This document shows, in pieces, positions 44,701 through 49,913 of a stretch of 49,913 nt of DNA (its first letter is position 1; each line of letters opens with the position of its first letter). Location: the NCBI GenBank assembly GCA_002256025.1, contig NKIB01013918.1, positions 1 through 49,913 on the forward strand, given 5' to 3'. The stretch comes from Asterionella formosa (Eukaryota). The position numbers were made by a program, and so were the translations under genes. The notes below the pieces were generated by a model. That model worked only from the letters and a program-made list of their open reading frames with translations, did no database searches and was not told the origin of the DNA.

Positions 44701-46909
44701 ACTTGGGAAGTTGTCTAAGCAAGGGCCAAAAGACAATGATGGAAGGGGAACTCGGAGCTTTTTGCTGCGCTTGTGGTGGTGCAACTGGTGTGATCGTAGC
44801 CAAATGTAATAAATTCTGAACAGCAGCACAGGGGAATGGCTTAGTGGTTAGCACACCCACTGTGGTGGCGGGTTTGATTCCACCATTTTGCACCTGTCTT
44901 TTTCATTTAGTCATTAGCAGGCTTCCTGGGGATGCAGCTGACGAAAAGACAGGTCCTGTTGTACCGTACAGACGAATAAAACCGTTACTAATTGTGTCCA
45001 TCTATTTGATGGGCCCGAGCAAGAGCAATTATTGGATAGCTTTTATGTACTATAAAATTTAATTAACATTTTTGTAGTTGAACAGCAGCACAGTGTATAT
45101 GTACCAGTAGTGTACCAGTAGGCAAATTGTGAATGTACATATATTATGGTTCTGCGTCAGCGAGAGCTACAGTGTGAACACAATAATATATATAGAAATA
45201 ACAATGAAAGCCACATGAGGATGCATGTGATGACTGTCTACTACACAATACTGGACAGGAATACCGGTATGTGATATGCATCAATCCACATCACAGATGA
45301 TATTTTGATGATGTATACTTCAACGCATCCGTATACTTAGATCATATTCGCGATATGATACTTTCATATCAATTATTTGCTTTTACTATTTGCACTTAAA
45401 GTAGAACAAATAAATAAATATAAATAATGCTGTTCCGGTCTATTTGCTAGATTATTGTTTCTCACACTGCTGTTTTATTTGCATTACATGTAAACTTGTG
45501 TCAAAGTGGACGATGCAGTAGTGGTTGCTCTGGTTCCAAAGGTAAGGGTACAGCTAGATTCAATTCTTTCTGCCAGGGAACAATCCAATAGCACTATAGA
45601 ATTTCAACCCCCACTACTAGAACTTTCCTGTCGTTATTCAATTTCTTCAGAGGGTAATTTTTCTGCTACTAATCTAGCTAACAATAGCACCATTTGGTAA
45701 AAAAGCTCCTCCATTTTTAGCCTTGTTTGTAGCTTCTAATTCTCTGACATTGTTGTTTAGAACAAGCTTCACTAAATCCTTTTCCAGAGTCTTACAAGTA
45801 ACTCGCTCCTTGCTCGAGGTTTGGTACTTCTTCGGTTCATTATACTAACCGGTAAGTTCTAAGATATGAAGATACAAAGCAAAATATGGTATATTGTGAT
45901 GGTAACCAGAGCATTTCAGGATGTCAGTACTACAACATCACTTAATTGCTATGGTGCAAACTACATAGTGTGCATGTTTAAATTGGGATGTTGTTGCACA
46001 CAGCCATTCACGCCATAATACTATAAAAACCAAAGGAAAGCGTTAAAGGAATAATTTGGAGTATATAATATTAGTCAACATTGTATATGAAGATAATATG
46101 CTCACCAAGGTAATTTTATTTTCTTCCGATGTGCCTCACTCAACATTTTCAAAGTCATTTATTTCACCAACTGGGACACAACATTGATCAGGCGTGAAGG
46201 CATCCTATATGTAGATGCGTGAAACAAATGACTTGTTCATGGTAAATATTGTCATATCGCTAAAATTGAAAAGGTTTGTAGTACAGTAGTACAAAATGTA
46301 AGATTACCCCGTTATGGGGGTCTGAGCAGTTCATAGTGGTCTAAGCAGTTTGTGAATGATACCGCACCTGTACACTCTATGTAAATTCGTAAGAATGCAT
46401 GTGTGCTGGTTGCTGACCAGTCGAGGCAGGATTTCGGAATTTTCGTAGCGATCATGTGATATTACATATTGCTTCAACCGTGTGTACAACAGATCCAACA
46501 TCGCTCCATTGTTGAAAAACCGGTATTAAATACCGGTAAATAGGTTATAACCAGCAAGTTGCGGTCATTTGCTTAAATAAACAATTTAATATGGGATAAA
46601 GACAGCTACATATTTAGCTTCAGCACAATTGCCGGAACTTGCATGTACCTCGTACAGGTCCCATTACGTACTTTACATACCGGTTTGGGACAGACATGCA
46701 CTCCGAGGACGGTAACGGTACATAGAGATTTCTATAGGACACTGCATTGATGTATACAGGAGATACAAGATGCAATGTGTCTCTCACGTGGTCGTTTCCC
46801 ATTCTGTATTGTTCCTACTGCAGAGTTGAGAACAATAAATACGTTGTATCATAAGTACGACTTGTGATGTGCTGCCGCCAAGGCTTCGGCACAAAACGCG
46901 ACCGAACAA

Positions 46910-48037
46910 ATGGGTCCTCGGAAACAAAAAGACGAAATGCCTGTTGTGAATCTTCGAAAGCGGAAAGTAATTGGTGAAGTTACTAGCTCTATTGCCACCA
47001 CGAACACCAATACAATGGAGTTGTATATCAACGAGGAGGAAGGGAAGGTCAAAGAAAATATTAAAGTGACAACATGCATCCTTGCTAGTCATATTTCGAC
47101 GAAGAATCTGCCAATTCTGAACAAAGCGAGCCGAGATTCCATTAACGCATCACCTTCTGGTGAAGAAATGATGAACATAGTTCCCCCAAGTTCGGATTTG
47201 GAATCGCATGATACAACCGCGTTCACAAAGAAGACCACGAAGATAATTGAAAAAAGGAAGGACAAAAGTTCCGACTTCAATTCCAATCTTTCGACCGATC
47301 ATACGTCGTTACCATCAAAATTGACCATAGTACCAAGAATACCAAATTCAAGTTCTGACAATAGTTGCTTCTTGTCACACTTCTTGCTGCCCTTAACTCC
47401 TGAAGCAGTCGTACAAAGTGCAACATTCAAGACAACGCTGCCTGTCAAAACCTGGGTTGCAGAGTTAGATATCATTGACTATTTTCTACGTCCACATGAG
47501 CTAGCGGCCAAGGAGAAATACCTGTTCGTCAAGAAGCCCTCATCGACAAGGGATTCAGTGGAGATTCCATTAGTGCTCCCTTCAGGACAAAATGCCAAAA
47601 CAAGGAACATAGTCATACAGCCTCGCAAGTTGACCGACATAGCACAGCAGGGTCACGAAAAATTTGAAACCCTTACCACGTGGACAGTGACCGCAGATTC
47701 TTCACCCCGACTCGTGCAGAAGCACTCGGCTAGTCTTAACCTTTCACCCTCCAAGCTCTCTAGGGCCGACGCTCAAGACTGGGCTTTCGTGTCGGAAGCT
47801 TGCTCCGTTGAATCCAACAACTCTGAGCTTCGGCCAGCTCAGCTCGTCAAGGCCGCCAAGCAGAACAGCACTGTTCAAGAAGCAAACGACGATTTGCAAA
47901 TTGACACGCCTCATCACCTAGTTGCAAGCAATTCATCGGCAGCGCAGTCTACGATTGCAGGGTCTGACAGGGCTGTCCTGAAGTTGGACGAGGACGACAT
48001 GTCGCTCTCGCCATCGGATCTGTTGGCACTTACTTGA
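46910..48037 (+). CDS. Hypothetical Ser/Thr-rich protein, possibly nuclear
   Basis: 375-aa ATG-initiated ORF with gene-like GC content. Basic cluster 'LRKRK' near the N-terminus; mostly low complexity. Confidence 0.65.
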   Translation: MGPRKQKDEMPVVNLRKRKVIGEVTSSIATTNTNTMELYINEEEGKVKENIKVTTCILASHISTKNLPILNKASRDSINASPSGEEMMNIVPPSSDLESHDTTAFTKKTTKIIEKRKDKSSDFNSNLSTDHTSLPSKLTIVPRIPNSSSDNSCFLSHFLLPLTPEAVVQSATFKTTLPVKTWVAELDIIDYFLRPHELAAKEKYLFVKKPSSTRDSVEIPLVLPSGQNAKTRNIVIQPRKLTDIAQQGHEKFETLTTWTVTADSSPRLVQKHSASLNLSPSKLSRADAQDWAFVSEACSVESNNSELRPAQLVKAAKQNSTVQEANDDLQIDTPHHLVASNSSAAQSTIAGSDRAVLKLDEDDMSLSPSDLLALT

Positions 48038-48254
48038 TTGGGATGAAGCTGGAATGTGATTTTATTGACCCGCTTTCCGGAAAGAAGCACGCACACTGTT
48101 GGGAGCAATATATGCATATATTCAATACATATCTTGGCGCTTGTGTAAAAAAAAACTCGGACGCCCAGGGCTGCGCAATATCGATAATCAATTGTATAAA
48201 GAAAAAATAAGGAATGTACATGCACATTATGGCAGTAAAAATACCGAAAAAGTA

Positions 48255-48755
48255 TCACTCGAGGGCAACCCACATGGAATCATCCACCGGAAGGAGAGAG
48301 CGTCCTCGCTGGCCATCCCACACCACGGGCAATTTTGCCACTAGCTGATCAGGCCCGAATTGTACATCTTGCAATGGATCCGTCAAACACAACTGCTGGC
48401 CGTTGTTCGTCAGTAGTAAGCCCCTCAATACCCCATGTTCGCAATTATGAGTCCACACGAGTTGAATCGCCTCGACCTTGGCATATTTAAATTCAGGAAG
48501 GGAGCCGTCGCCGACTGTGACACCATCCACAGCCCAAGTTCCAGTCCGATAGACAACAACGTCGCCTTCCACCAAGGATGCTGACAAGTGGTATTCCCCA
48601 CGACCAAATTGCGATGTATCGGCTTGTAGTTCAATTCTGGGTGATACGAAGAGGATACTTATACTTTCGTAGCGGGTAGGCCTTGGCTGGAATCCATGTG
48701 TGATGACGAACATGCAAGAACTGACAAACAGCACGCGTGATTTTCTGATCCTCAT
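48255..48755 (-). CDS. Small protein of unknown function, predicted plastid-targeted
   Basis: 166 aa. Signal peptide ends THG|FQP (ASAFAP-like), followed by a transit-like segment and a globular beta-rich domain ('GDVVVYRTGTWAVDG', 'QLVWTHNCEHG'). Confidence 0.75.
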   Translation of the reverse strand: MRIRKSRVLFVSSCMFVITHGFQPRPTRYESISILFVSPRIELQADTSQFGRGEYHLSASLVEGDVVVYRTGTWAVDGVTVGDGSLPEFKYAKVEAIQLVWTHNCEHGVLRGLLLTNNGQQLCLTDPLQDVQFGPDQLVAKLPVVWDGQRGRSLLPVDDSMWVALE

Positions 48756-49913
48756 TTACGGTATTGGTGAGTGAATGGAATGTTGCACAAATGCGGCCGT
48801 CGATGTATGACAATATTGGTTGAACAAACTCTTTTATTATCAAAGCATGCACAGGGCTAAAAATGATCTGAATAGTGGTGCTGATCGATTGCGAGACGAC
48901 CAATTCGAACCAACTGTACTACAGGTGTACGAACATACTTCTGTAAGTCGACCGAATGTCCGGAGTCGTGATCGAGCATTGCTGGAGCAATAGCTCAGGT
49001 CGGCTTCTTTGGCCGAAGACGCCAGTCGAAATTATGCACATCCAGTGCCCACTTTCTTGTCATGCGCTCGCGAATTTATAGTTATCAGGTTGCAATGATC
49101 CCATTGCGGTCCTGACGTTTCTTTGTGGTTCCTCAAACTCGTTTCTTTCTTTTGGCTTTCTCAACTACACTCCACTTGTGTATGAAGGCTTCCAAGTCCA
49201 AGGAAACACGCAAAACGACAGGGACAATGATATGGTCGAAAAAACCCAAAAAAGCGACCATGTGACAAAATGACTCAAGGAAGATACTGCAGGGAGAACC
49301 CACCCAGCAATCAACCAATAAATGTGCATCAACCAAGCACATAACAACTACAACTACAATAGCAGACCCCAAGGAATAAGTGCAAACAGCACCAACTTTC
49401 CAGGCAATGCAACAAAAACCAACAGTCGGAAGTACAACAACAAACCAATGACCACTCTTGGTTTTACTTTCAACCCAACTGATGCGGCTTAACCCCATCA
49501 CAAACTACATGAGACCATGCCACCATGGACTCAATACAATCGACACCAATGTCTTTCCTTGCATATTGTTCACGCAACAATCAAAACATATTACGAAAGT
49601 CCAACAAACCAAAACCAACAACAATTGTTGTTTTCACTTTCAATCACAAAACTGCGGCCAACACCAGTGGCCACACACACAATCGGAGCAGCCAACACGC
49701 ACTCACTCCAATCTGAATGCCTGCCATGCTATACAACTGATTAGTTTTCAAAACACAACAACCAACCAACAGCAAACAATCGAACAAAAATGTTTTTGCT
49801 ATCAATACACCGTTTTTTCTCCAAAACCGGAGAGAGGAACCTATTTACAGATCAGATAGTACGATCTACATCACACATATGGGCATGCACAAATGCCACT
49901 CAACTTAGCTTGG

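Overview
Eukaryotic nuclear DNA, most likely a diatom or other ochrophyte. The evidence is compact genes with 0-1 short GT-AG introns and two proteins with signal peptide + 'xxG|F' bipartite plastid presequences. Twelve supportable protein-coding genes: a RAD51B-like paralog, small HSP20, a kinesin-7/CENP-E-like motor, DNA2 nuclease-helicase, an Obg GTPase, GH35 beta-galactosidase, plastid GrpE, a CsgA-like SDR, a COPI-associated-type membrane protein, a membrane-anchored kinase and two unknown proteins. They sit as islands among AT-rich, CpG-poor intergenic tracts full of decayed transposons (pogo, DD39D mariner, a foldback element, a 5'-truncated retro-insertion with 21-bp TSD) and tandem/dispersed repeats. 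Most notable: (1) a kinesin ending in a hydrophobic, putatively membrane-anchoring tail; (2) a type II membrane kinase with a predicted lumenal/extracellular catalytic domain; (3) a ~230-aa acidic, internally repeated insertion in the Obg fold; (4) strong enrichment of the palindrome TACCGGTA and its variants upstream of many of the genes. No rRNA, tRNA or CRISPR array was recognised. All family calls come from motif recognition by eye, without database searches.
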